Source: Candidatus Omnitrophota bacterium (GTDB lineage: Bacteria > Ratteibacteria > UBA8468 > MWAK01). Taken from it: a stretch of 64,000 nucleotides of DNA. This document shows positions 17,798-27,158 of the stretch, in pieces. The notes beneath the pieces were generated by a model. It saw nothing but the letters and a program-made list of their open reading frames with translations, was not told the origin of the DNA and searched no databases. The DNA lies in assembly GCA_043826355.1 (NCBI GenBank), contig JBDRQI010000004.1, forward strand, positions 46,195 to 110,194, written 5' to 3'. The stretch's first letter is position 1. Each line of letters opens with the position of its first letter. The position numbers and the translations under genes were made by a program.

Positions 17798-18970
17798 ATG
17801 AGTGTTTTAACTATTGTTTTTAAAGAGTTACCTCTTCACGATACCTGCTGGTCATTAATCACCGGAGTTGATGGAAATATTTATATCGGAATTTGTGGAG
17901 AGATGACCGGCGGACTTAGCGGCTATATTGCTTCTTACAACCCCAAGACGGAAGAAACAGAATATTTGTTGGAAGTCGCGAAAGCACTCGGCGTTCCGTC
18001 GAATAACGGCCAAGCAAGCCACGCGAAAATCCACTACAGCCTGGTTACCGATAAAGAGGGTATCTTGTATGCCGCAACGCACTGCACAGGTGCTCCCGCA
18101 GGAGATTTTATCTGGAGACCATGGAACTGCTGGACCCATCCAATCAAGAATTTCAGTGGTTCGGGACTTGTCGTTTATGACCCCCGAAAAAAGGAAACAC
18201 TGTTTACGGACTTTCTTCTGCCTAACGAAGGGACCAGATGCATGACGCTTGCTTGTAAAAGAAAGAAGCTCTATGGAATTTCTTATCCCAGAGACCACTT
18301 TTTCACTTATGATTTAAGAAGACGCAAACTCCGCGATTTGGGCAGAATCGGAAGCATCAATCCCCAGGCTATATTTCTTGACCCGGAGGAAAACGGCTAT
18401 ACAACCGACGATTACGGAAATATAATCAAGTATGATGCCGGAAAAGAACAATTGCAGGATATTGATGTCCAAATTCCCCACGCTTCTTTTCGCAACGGCT
18501 TTCACAACGTTCCCTATGACGTAACTCCTTCTCTAGACGGGGAAAGCGTCTACGGGGTAACCTGGGCATTCGGGGAGAGATTGTTCCGTTATGAATTTAA
18601 AAAGAAAAAGATTTATGACTTTGGCAAGGCCTGCGGAGAAGAGAGTGAGGAATGGTCTCACATTATCAAGAGCCACACCGGCGGCCTTGTCTTCGGAGAC
18701 GATGGCAACCTTTACTTTGTTTCTAACCTGGTTTTAAGAGGCAAAAGTTCCCCTCATCTTATCCGCTTTAATCCCGAAACGCTAAAAAGAGAAATTGTCG
18801 AAGAGATAACCTGCCAGGGAAAACCGGCCGACCACATCTCCCGGGCAACATTTGATTCTTTCGGCAATCTATATTTCGCCGAAGTGGGTAACAAACCCAC
18901 CAAAATTTTCAAGTTTGAAGGCGCAAAAACAGCCGATACAACCAAACGAGTGTTTAGACACTGGGGATAA
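17798..18970 (+). CDS. Hypothetical cytoplasmic beta-propeller protein
   Basis: Repeated DGNIY/DGNLY/FGNLY blade motifs and YDP turns; no signal peptide. Confidence 0.65.
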   Translation: MSVLTIVFKELPLHDTCWSLITGVDGNIYIGICGEMTGGLSGYIASYNPKTEETEYLLEVAKALGVPSNNGQASHAKIHYSLVTDKEGILYAATHCTGAPAGDFIWRPWNCWTHPIKNFSGSGLVVYDPRKKETLFTDFLLPNEGTRCMTLACKRKKLYGISYPRDHFFTYDLRRRKLRDLGRIGSINPQAIFLDPEENGYTTDDYGNIIKYDAGKEQLQDIDVQIPHASFRNGFHNVPYDVTPSLDGESVYGVTWAFGERLFRYEFKKKKIYDFGKACGEESEEWSHIIKSHTGGLVFGDDGNLYFVSNLVLRGKSSPHLIRFNPETLKREIVEEITCQGKPADHISRATFDSFGNLYFAEVGNKPTKIFKFEGAKTADTTKRVFRHWG

Positions 18971-18971
18971 A

Positions 18972-20231
18972 ATGAAAAACAAAAAATGGCCTGTTCCGGC
19001 AATTGAAGATGAACGGTTCAAGGGTGAGGGCATAAAACGATTCCTTAAAATGCGGGCGGAGTACGAAAAATCCGCTTTTGTCAGCGAAGGCCATCTGGAA
19101 GTAAGACGGCTTGGTCCGGTTGCTTTTGCTGAAGTAATCCCGCCGGAGGAATGTGCCGTTACTTCGCTGGTGCGTTATTCCAGCGGAAAGATTTACGGCG
19201 GAACCTCCGGCCGGAAAGCTCATTTGTTCTATTACGACCCTTCCCCGGATGCCGACGTCGTTGTTGATGCGGGGGTGGTGGGAGAAAACACCGGGATCAC
19301 CTCTTTGGTCACAGAAGAGACGGGGAAAATATTCGGAGCAACCGACGGTAAAAACGGCGGATTTTTGTTTTCCTACTCTCCGTGTGAAGTGTTGCTTGAT
19401 AAGTTGACGCTGAAAGGAAAAGGACTGCGGGAAATTTTTGACGCTCCGGCCGAAGACCAGGTTTTCCACAGCATCGTTGACCCCTGCCACTCAGCCGGAA
19501 AGGTAGACACTCTCTTAAAGCCGTTCAAACACGAAGGCATTTCTTCTCTGGCAATAGACAATAACCGGAAAATACTCTACGGCCTTTCCTCCAAAAACGG
19601 ATTATTTTTTACTTACGAAATAGAAAAAAAGAAGATTACCGTTAAGGAAAAAATAGATGAAATCAACGAATTTTCCCGAAAATTGCTCATCGTCAAAAAT
19701 GGTATTGTTTACGGTTTGGGATATAAAGGTCAAATTGTCAAATTTGACCCTAAAAAAAGTAAGCTGGAGAGACTGGATATTTTTGCTCCTTCCTTAAAAG
19801 GCAGAGAACTCTACAATCGAGTGGACTGCTGGGTTTTTGATGAAGAGAGCGGTTTGATTTACGGCGGAACAATTGACGGGATTATCTTCATCTTCAATCC
19901 GGAAAACGAAGAGATTATCTGTTTGGGCAAACCGATTGACCAGATGAGAATCCGGGCTTTGACCGTAGGAAAAGACGGACGGGTCTTTGGTGTCGGCGGC
20001 GAGCCGGGCAAATGCTGCCATCTCTTTGTTTATGAACCGAGAAAACGGCAACTCCGTGACTTGGGAGTTTTATTGGCGACCCACGAAACCCCATGGTGCG
20101 GATATGAGATAGATTCTGCGGTTACCGGTAAGGACGGTGAGATTTATCTCGGCGAAAGCGACCGGATAAGCCACCTTTTTATCTATTTTCCACAAATTGA
20201 AAGGAGAAATGCATGCCAGAAATCAGAGTAG
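18972..20231 (+). CDS. Hypothetical beta-propeller protein (partner of upstream gene)
   Basis: Repeated GKIYGGT/GLIYGGT/DGRVFG/DGEIYLG and HLFxYxP motifs; start set to ATG 18972. Confidence 0.65.
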   Translation: MKNKKWPVPAIEDERFKGEGIKRFLKMRAEYEKSAFVSEGHLEVRRLGPVAFAEVIPPEECAVTSLVRYSSGKIYGGTSGRKAHLFYYDPSPDADVVVDAGVVGENTGITSLVTEETGKIFGATDGKNGGFLFSYSPCEVLLDKLTLKGKGLREIFDAPAEDQVFHSIVDPCHSAGKVDTLLKPFKHEGISSLAIDNNRKILYGLSSKNGLFFTYEIEKKKITVKEKIDEINEFSRKLLIVKNGIVYGLGYKGQIVKFDPKKSKLERLDIFAPSLKGRELYNRVDCWVFDEESGLIYGGTIDGIIFIFNPENEEIICLGKPIDQMRIRALTVGKDGRVFGVGGEPGKCCHLFVYEPRKRQLRDLGVLLATHETPWCGYEIDSAVTGKDGEIYLGESDRISHLFIYFPQIERRNACQKSE

Positions 20232-20296
20232 CGGTAATCGGGGTAGACAATTGCACCAACTCTTTATTTATTTCCTTCTTAACGGAGGTAATATGA
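20213..20296 (+). pseudogene. N-terminal stub resembling myo-inositol-1-phosphate synthase
   Basis: RBS aaggag then MPEIRVAVIGVDNCTNSL, cf. Ino1 start IRVAIIGVGNCASSL; stops after 27 codons. Confidence 0.6.
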
Positions 20297-20475
20297 GGGG
20301 TATAATTGGAGGGATAATTAAGTGGTATGCTTTTGACCTTAATCGTTGGGTCGGTTAGAGGAGAGGAATTAAAACTCAAACCATTTTTGTATGAGGAAAA
20401 TTTTGAAACCGATGACCCTTTTGTAGATTGGGTAAATCCCGGAGGGGGTAAGGTTAATTTTAAAGGAGACTCCAA

Positions 20476-23211
20476 ATGGGACAGATTAATAAAGTTGCAT
20501 TGAAAATCCTGAGAATGTTAACAGTGGCAGGGTTTGTAGTATTTAATCAGACCTCTCTTGTTTCAGCGAATAACATAACCGACGATGGTTCGCTTAGGCT
20601 TTTGTTTCACTTTGATGAAAATGAAGGTTGGGTGACTAAGGATTCCAATTCTTGCGGTAGTGATGGAAGAATTGTTCGTGATTGTGTATGGGCATCAGAA
20701 AAACATCCGGAGGACGCGTTGGTTAGCATCGAAAAGTTCTCTCAAGTTCGCGCGGCAGAAGAGGAAATATCCTTACGTCAGAACGAGAACGTTGCTTTGC
20801 GTAAGAAGTACACTTTTTCCCTGGTTCCGAATTATTGGGGGTCTAAGGACGACGGAGACATGCTTCAACTTACCGACGGCAAGTATGCCTCGGTTCCTTA
20901 CGAACAGTCCGTAGATAAAGGTAATTTTTGGACTCAAAAGCCAGTTGTTGGTTGGCATGTTTCCCTAAAACCTTTAGAAATAAAGATTGACCTGGGCACA
21001 GTTTATCCTATTAGCGAAGTTATCTTTAGCACTGCCTCCCGCCTCGAGTCAGAGGTTGGTTTTCCTTTAATAGAAGTTTTAGTAAGTGACGACGATGCAA
21101 TATATACGCTGGTAGGTAAAATATCGGATGAGAATCTGGTTATTGAGCACCTCGATCCTCGGCAGGAGTATAGACGCAAACTTAGAACCGGGGACATGAA
21201 GACTCGCGGCAGATATGTTTTGCTGTGTGTTGTACCCGATAAAGGATCATATGTTTTCTGCGACGAAATAGAGATAATAAAAAGCGATCGTGATTCCGAC
21301 AAAGTGAATCTTGACGGATTGCCTCGCTTCACTCTGGAACAAATCAGTAAGAGGGGAGATCGCGCTCTGCAAATAAAAAGGTCAGCAGAGATAATGAGGT
21401 TAAATCTTAGAACAATACGGGAGAATTTGGAACAAGCGAAACTTTCGGAAAAGACAGCCGCATTGACTGAGAACGAGTTAAAAAAACTGGAGGATGATGT
21501 CAAATCCAGCGCAGCAACATTGATGACAGAAGAACTGGTTGATAGTTTTAACCGGAGAATAGTCGAAATCAGCAGTCGGATAAATCAGGCTATCTTTCCC
21601 GAAACGCCTTATGTCGTCTGGTATAAAAATCTCTGGGAAGATTTCACCCCCTATGAATTACCTCAGCCAACGGGTTTACCGTTCGGAGAGATTTCTATCT
21701 TTATGGGAAAAAATGAATATGAACCTGCTGCTTTTATGATTACCAATACTGCCGACAAAGACGTTACAGTAAAAATAGAAATCCCGGATATTCTGGACAA
21801 ATACAAGCAGAAAATGATTAATATCGACGTAAGATACAGTGTGTTTGTTCAAACATCGGCACTTAAATTGTTGGTCGCAGACGCCCTGCCGTCTGCTCTG
21901 GTGGGTGGGGCTAACTATGTTACCGTTCCTCAGGGACAAACCAGGCAAATCTGGTTAACTTTAAAAACCGATGAGAGAATAACGCCGGGTGAGTATAAAA
22001 TAAAAGTGCATATTGTTTCGGATTCCGGTTCCAAATTTATTGCTATCAAGTCTGTGGTTTATCCATTGGTTCTACCCGATACCGATAGATTCACTGCCCT
22101 TAATGTCACTTGGGGCAGTATTTCAAATCTTTCTAAAATAGAAACAATTGTCCCGGCGGATCTTTTGTCTCATCATGTTAATTGTATTCCCATCTATTGT
22201 CCGCCGGATGCTCAGCCACGCTTTGATAAGGATGGGAACATTGTTAAATCTGCCGATTACAGCAAAATAGATAATGAATTAAACTTATACGGCAACAATG
22301 TTTTTTACCTCTTTTACTGGTATGGATGGAAACCCGGATCGGAACAAGTGAAATTGTACAGCGGGTTAGAATACCTTAGTCCGGAATGGAAGAAAGCTTT
22401 TAAGAGTTGGGTTAGCGAGTTTGTCGGGCACCTTACGGAAAGGGGAATAAATTATGGAAATTTTGCTTTTTACCCGTGTGACGAACCAAACACAGAAGAT
22501 TTGAAGAAGTTCTTTATGGAAAGTGCCGCGCAAATAAAGGAGACAGACCCGAAAATAAATATTTTCGTCACTATGAATTTCCGCGACTGGTCGTTTGAAG
22601 ATTTAAATAAATCTCTTCCTTACGCAGATATTTATTGTTTTTGTCCTTTCTGGCAGAGAATAGCAGATTTAAAGAAAATAGCACTTCTGAAAAACGCCAA
22701 CAAAATTACTATCGCGTATAATTCTCCCTGTGCCAATAAATGGGAATCACCAACTGTTGGATTTCGAGTGATATTCTGGCAGGCCTGGTCCTGGGGACTT
22801 GATGGATATGGAACTTGGCGTTATTATAATAAAACAGGTGATTCTGTCTGGGATGACTTTGACGGAACCAGAGGTGATGAGGCGTTTGTCTATGATGGGA
22901 AAAATGCGCCATTCAGAACTGCGGAAGAGATTATCCCGAGTAAAAGATGGGAAGCTTACCGGGAGGGCATAGAGGACTGGGAGTACTTACATATGCTGAA
23001 AGCGGTAATTGCTGAATCCGAAAAAAAAGGAATTTCCAAAAGTACCGTTGAGAAAGCCCGGGAGGCATTAAAAGAAGAGGTGGATAAATTAACCAAAAAG
23101 ATTGACGGAACGCCTGTCTCGACAAGGGACAAGATTGATCCCATGTTGGTTGATAAAGCAAGACAAAAGATTGCAGAAGAAATTATTTCAATGGAGCAAC
23201 TTCTGCAGTGA
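20476..23211 (+). CDS. Secreted glycoside-hydrolase-like protein (discoidin/CBM-like plus GH123/DUF4091-like)
   Basis: Signal peptide; LamG-like stub LLFHFDENEG; QLTDG..IDLG..RGRYV..CDEIEI; DEP motif; PSKRWEAYREGIEDWEYL. Confidence 0.65.
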   Translation: MGQINKVALKILRMLTVAGFVVFNQTSLVSANNITDDGSLRLLFHFDENEGWVTKDSNSCGSDGRIVRDCVWASEKHPEDALVSIEKFSQVRAAEEEISLRQNENVALRKKYTFSLVPNYWGSKDDGDMLQLTDGKYASVPYEQSVDKGNFWTQKPVVGWHVSLKPLEIKIDLGTVYPISEVIFSTASRLESEVGFPLIEVLVSDDDAIYTLVGKISDENLVIEHLDPRQEYRRKLRTGDMKTRGRYVLLCVVPDKGSYVFCDEIEIIKSDRDSDKVNLDGLPRFTLEQISKRGDRALQIKRSAEIMRLNLRTIRENLEQAKLSEKTAALTENELKKLEDDVKSSAATLMTEELVDSFNRRIVEISSRINQAIFPETPYVVWYKNLWEDFTPYELPQPTGLPFGEISIFMGKNEYEPAAFMITNTADKDVTVKIEIPDILDKYKQKMINIDVRYSVFVQTSALKLLVADALPSALVGGANYVTVPQGQTRQIWLTLKTDERITPGEYKIKVHIVSDSGSKFIAIKSVVYPLVLPDTDRFTALNVTWGSISNLSKIETIVPADLLSHHVNCIPIYCPPDAQPRFDKDGNIVKSADYSKIDNELNLYGNNVFYLFYWYGWKPGSEQVKLYSGLEYLSPEWKKAFKSWVSEFVGHLTERGINYGNFAFYPCDEPNTEDLKKFFMESAAQIKETDPKINIFVTMNFRDWSFEDLNKSLPYADIYCFCPFWQRIADLKKIALLKNANKITIAYNSPCANKWESPTVGFRVIFWQAWSWGLDGYGTWRYYNKTGDSVWDDFDGTRGDEAFVYDGKNAPFRTAEEIIPSKRWEAYREGIEDWEYLHMLKAVIAESEKKGISKSTVEKAREALKEEVDKLTKKIDGTPVSTRDKIDPMLVDKARQKIAEEIISMEQLLQ

Positions 23212-23229
23212 ACCTGGCGCGCCCCCAAT

Positions 23230-23497
23230 AGACTGTACCAAAGAGTGGGGGAAGGTTAAAATGTTCATACGGCATGAGGATGTTTTTTACGAACGAGGCG
23301 ATGGTCAGTCCTGGCACGGGAGAGCACTTTGATTAGCGGAAGCGTATTTGCTAATGGTAAAATTTAATAAAGCAGGAATTGCATCGATTGGGTATTAGAA
23401 GATAGGACCCAATGCGGGTTAAGGGCTGAAGAAGTGTCGGCGACGAATGTCCTGGGGGCATTCCCATACCGGGCGATAGTTCTGGAGGTTTTCTGAT
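23230..23497 (+). pseudogene. Degraded fragment, possibly GH15-like C-terminus
   Basis: Broken frames ..GQSWHGRAL*LAEAYLL.. and ..CIDWVLEDRTQCGLRAEEV.. Confidence 0.25.
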
Positions 23498-23539
23498 GAC
23501 TGCCCGTTCCTTGCGGAAAAAGTAGTAGAGAGGAATCAG

Positions 23540-23630
23540 ATGAAAATAACATTTATTGGTACTTCATCCTGCGTTCCCGATGTTGGTTCGGAGACAAGTT
23601 CTTTTCTTATTGATGCCAAAATTTTAGTGT
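23540..23630 (+). pseudogene. N-terminal stub of MBL-fold hydrolase (RNase Z-like) cut by an IS end
   Basis: RBS then MKITFIGTSSCVPDVGSETSSFLIDAKILV, directly followed by IS terminus. Confidence 0.65.
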
Positions 23631-23718
23631 TGTACGTCGTCAGCAATTAGTGGAGACGGAGGGCCATTTTTTAGTTTGTAGTTTTTGATCTTGGTTCGGA
23701 TGGATTGGGCAGGTTATA
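23631..23718 (+). mobile_element. Orphan left end of an IS related to the IS3 at 7336-8909
   Basis: Aligns with reverse complement of ~8822-8909 (tgtac..cagcaattagt..ttttttagtttgt..tcttggttcgg.tggattgggcaggttata). Confidence 0.85.
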
Positions 23719-23908
23719 GAAGTAAAAATTCGGGGCGTTTTAGTTTACAGACAGATAAGGCCGGCGTAAAATATGGTGCGCAAGGTAAAATGCCAGGTTA
23801 AAACGGCTTTTTTGAAAGTTAAATGGAGGATATCCCACCATATACGGCGGACGATATACGGTCCGGAACGGATATTGTACTCATCCTTGCGTAACCGTCT
23901 TTTCGACA

Positions 23909-25051
23909 ATGAATTCAAAAGAGAGATTTGAAGCGGTTCTGCTGAAAAAGAAGACCGACAAAATCCCGGTTAACCATCGCGGATTTTCCTCCAAAGCGGC
24001 TTCCTACATCATCGGCCGGGAAGCGTATGTAGGCGGAGGCATTCAGCAGTGGCGGGAATCAAAGTCGCTCTTTGAGGGATGGCATGAGGAGTTTCTGGAA
24101 CGTTCATTCCGGGACGCTGTTGATTTGTCCCTGGCCACCCGCCAGGATATGATAAGGCCGGGATATTGGCGCCTGCCGAAAAAACCGACCGGAAAGATTG
24201 ATGAGAACACCTACCTCTACGCGTGCGGAGAAGAAAAGGACTGGGAGGTCCTTCGCTTCAACCCGGAAAGCGAACAGGCGAATACGTTCCCCCGCCTGCC
24301 ACGCGAAACAACAATTGACGACCTGAAGAAAGAGGTAAATGATAACGATAAAAAGGTTGCGTCATATCAACCCTCTGAATCGGACTTTGCCGAATCCATA
24401 AAAGCGCAGGGACTCTACTTGGATAAATATGCCGTTGAGGTCGGCGGCGTCGGTGTAGGCATACCGGCCCGAAACGCGAATATCTGGATGGAGATGATGC
24501 TGCTGGACCCGGGAGTGGTAGAGGCGCACATAAATCAGCAGGTTGAAACAGCGAGAAGAAACGTGGCCTTCCTGTCGAAATACAAATTCCGCTATTTCCT
24601 GGGCGGAGGGGATTTCGCTTCAGAAAACGGACCTTTTTATTCTCCTCCGTTGTTCCGAAAACTAATTCTGCCCGGGATAAAAAAGGTCTCCGAAATATGT
24701 CATGAATACGGAGGGTACCATTTCTTTGCCAGCGACGGAAACCTCTGGCCGGTCTCTCAGTATCTTTTCGGGGAATCCGGCACAGACGTATATTTTGAAA
24801 TAGACCGGAAAGCCGGAATGGACCTGGAACTTCTGAGGCAAAGATTTCCAAACCTGTCGCTTTTGGGAAACATCAGTTCCTGGACGCTGGCGCGGGGAAC
24901 CAAAGAAACGGTCAGGCAGGAAGTCCTCTCGTGCCTGGAAACGGCAAAAAAGTACGGCGGGATAATTGCGGGGGTTTCAAATTATATCCTGGCCGAAACA
25001 CCGCCGGAAAATATGGACACGCTGCTGGAAACGATTGAAAAAGAAAGGTAA
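23909..25051 (+). CDS. Uroporphyrinogen decarboxylase-superfamily (URO-D/MtaA-like) protein
   Basis: MNSKERF..DKIP start; GDFASENGPFYSP; SDGN; LLGNIS; GGIIAGVSN..ETPPEN. Confidence 0.8.
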   Translation: MNSKERFEAVLLKKKTDKIPVNHRGFSSKAASYIIGREAYVGGGIQQWRESKSLFEGWHEEFLERSFRDAVDLSLATRQDMIRPGYWRLPKKPTGKIDENTYLYACGEEKDWEVLRFNPESEQANTFPRLPRETTIDDLKKEVNDNDKKVASYQPSESDFAESIKAQGLYLDKYAVEVGGVGVGIPARNANIWMEMMLLDPGVVEAHINQQVETARRNVAFLSKYKFRYFLGGGDFASENGPFYSPPLFRKLILPGIKKVSEICHEYGGYHFFASDGNLWPVSQYLFGESGTDVYFEIDRKAGMDLELLRQRFPNLSLLGNISSWTLARGTKETVRQEVLSCLETAKKYGGIIAGVSNYILAETPPENMDTLLETIEKER

Positions 25052-25088
25052 GGGGCTAACGGATGCGCCGCGGTCGGAATATGATAAT

Positions 25089-25256
25089 ATGATTTGGCAG
25101 AATAAAACGGTAGTCTTTCTGGACCTGGAAACGACCGGGCTTACCCCGGGTCAGGACCGGACTGTCGAAATCGGCGCCCTGAAGACAAAAAACCGGAAAG
25201 AGGGTAGAATCATTTGTAACATTAAAAGAGGCAAGACAGAAAGAGAAATTTTATAA
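25089..25256 (+). pseudogene. Truncated DEDDh 3'-5' exonuclease (DnaQ-like)
   Basis: VVFLDLETTGLTPGQDRTVEIGALK ExoI motif only, then early stop. Confidence 0.7.
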
Positions 25257-25320
25257 ATCCGCAACGTAGCGAAGAGTTTCAAAGAAAATGCTTTTTAATT
25301 AACGAAGCCTTGGCGTAGTC

Positions 25321-25337
25321 AATCCCACCCTCTCCGC
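25321..25337 (+). repeat. tRNA-Ser 3'-end copy (distal att)
   Basis: aatcccaccctctccgc = 4635-4651. Confidence 0.85.
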
Positions 25338-25412
25338 CTACGCTCGCCATAGTGAGCTTCGGCGGACGCAGTCCAGCATTGGTTTGATGCTAAATCAAAA
25401 ACAGAGGAAAAA

Positions 25413-26471
25413 ATGAAAGAGACCATGACCGGGAAAGAAAGGTGGCTGGCGGTATTGCAGAGGAAGTCTCCCGACCGGATTCCCATGGACTACTGGTCCA
25501 CCCCGGAGGTTGACGAAAAACTGAAGAAACATTTCGGCTGCGCAGAGATGGAGGAGGTTTTTAAGAGACTAAGGATAGACCGTCCTCTAGGTGTCGGGCC
25601 CGAATATGTCGGGCCGAAGGTTCCGGAAGGTTTTGATATCTACGGCTGCCAGCGCCGCACGGTTGACTACGGAACAGGCAGTTACCAGGAGTGCGTGAGC
25701 CACCCGCTGGCCGAATTTACTTCAACGGCCGAGATTGAGCAAAAATATGCCTGGCCCAGCATCGATCATTATGATTTTTCAGCGGTAAAAAGACAGGTTG
25801 CGGGTAAGGATGACCGCCCGGTAGTCGGGGGAGGCTCTGAACCCTTCTTAACTTATAAACAATTAAGGGGAGACATTCAGGCATTTGTTGACCTGGTTGA
25901 AAATCCCGAAATCATTGAATACTGCCTGGGCAAACTCTTCGGCTTTCAATACGAATTAACCCGCAGAATTTACGAGGCCATTCCCGGGAAGGTCGACATC
26001 TCTTACGTGGCCGAAGATCTGGGCGCCCAGGAGGGCCTGATGTACAGCCCGGACCAGATCAGGAGGTTCTTTCTTCCCTGGATGAAGCGGATGATGGAAC
26101 TTGTCCACCAGGGCGACGGCTTTGTTTTCTTTCACAGCGACGGTTCCATCAGAAAGATAATACCTGAGATGATCGCAACCGGCGTGGATATTTTAAACCC
26201 GATTCAGTGGAGATGCAAAGGGATGGAAAAAGAGGGTTTAAAGAAAGATTTCGGGGGAGAGTTGATATTCCACGGCGGGGTTGACAATCAGCAAATCCTG
26301 CCTTTTGGAACCGCGGCCGAGGTAAGGGCGGAAGTAATCGAAGATATTGAAATCTTCGGGAAAGGCGGCGGGTATATCCTTGCCCCCTGCCACAATATCC
26401 AGCCGGTCACCCCGGTGGAGAATATCGTTGCCATGTACGAAACCGGCTATGAATACGGCTGGGTGGAGTGA
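25413..26471 (+). CDS. Uroporphyrinogen decarboxylase-superfamily protein
   Basis: MTGKER..PDRIP; EDLG; FHSDG; LNPIQ; FHGGVD; GGYILAPCHNIQ. Confidence 0.88.
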   Translation: MKETMTGKERWLAVLQRKSPDRIPMDYWSTPEVDEKLKKHFGCAEMEEVFKRLRIDRPLGVGPEYVGPKVPEGFDIYGCQRRTVDYGTGSYQECVSHPLAEFTSTAEIEQKYAWPSIDHYDFSAVKRQVAGKDDRPVVGGGSEPFLTYKQLRGDIQAFVDLVENPEIIEYCLGKLFGFQYELTRRIYEAIPGKVDISYVAEDLGAQEGLMYSPDQIRRFFLPWMKRMMELVHQGDGFVFFHSDGSIRKIIPEMIATGVDILNPIQWRCKGMEKEGLKKDFGGELIFHGGVDNQQILPFGTAAEVRAEVIEDIEIFGKGGGYILAPCHNIQPVTPVENIVAMYETGYEYGWVE

Positions 26472-26573
26472 AGCATTTTTTTAAAAACGCAGAATTGTCA
26501 TTCAAATTTGAATCCTTTTCGGAAGACTTCCAGGCACGCATCCACAACCTTCGGGTCATAAAGAACATTCTTC

Positions 26574-26874
26574 TTCTCCAATCATTATTCCATTCGCGGC
26601 ACAAGGCAAACCCGTCCATTGCCGGCATCAGGATATCGGAGATGATCAGGTCCGGCGGGTCTTGCCGCGCCATGTCCAGCGCTTCGACGCCGTTGGAAGC
26701 GGCGGAAACCTCGTAGCCGTGGCCTTGCAGCAGAGCGCGCAGAAGGTAGATGTTTTCCTAAATCAGCGTCAGCTGCTCGTTCCAAAGCCGATGGTAGATA
26801 ATTCCCCCGAAGGCGAGAAGGATGAAGGCCGAAGTTGAGGTGAAAATGACGAGCAGTTTCGTTTTGGGTTTCAT
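26574..26874 (-). pseudogene. Fused relics of a sensor-protein N-terminus and a response-regulator receiver domain
   Basis: MKPKTKLLVIF..TM..LTLI* then in frame ENIYLLRALL..NGVEALD..PDLIISDILMPAMDGFALCREW. Confidence 0.65.
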
Positions 26875-27158
26875 TCCGGTTCCCCACTTTTCTCCCGATT
26901 CTGGCGTCGGCAGTTGTATCTTTTCAGGATTTAGCGGAAGCACCGCATGATTCAAGTTTTCGCTTGGATACTAAATCTTACCACCTTGTTAAACCATGGC
27001 CAATGGTCTGCGGTCAAAAAGAATTGAGCCGGTGTGGTGGGCAAACAATCCGTTTTCCATCCAGGGTTAAAAATGGCTAAAATGTGTTATAATCAGATGA
27101 CATCGTAAGTTCGGCGGACGCAGTCCGCCAAAAAGCTGCGAAAGAGGGCTACGCTCAA

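Larger units (their letters stand above)
16568..25337. mobile_element. Putative tRNA-Ser-integrated island 2 (no integrase left)
   Basis: Ends in tRNA 3'-end copy at 25321-25337; contains several truncated genes and an IS end. Confidence 0.6.

Noticed and set aside
23909-26471. hemE calls for the URO-D-like genes
   Set aside because: No RQAGR motif and no tetrapyrrole genes in context.
25358-27126. 17-bp direct repeat ttcggcggacgcagtcc (25358, 27110) as att sites of a third island
   Set aside because: Resembles a dispersed palindromic repeat (related copy near 57732), not a tRNA end; no recombinase.
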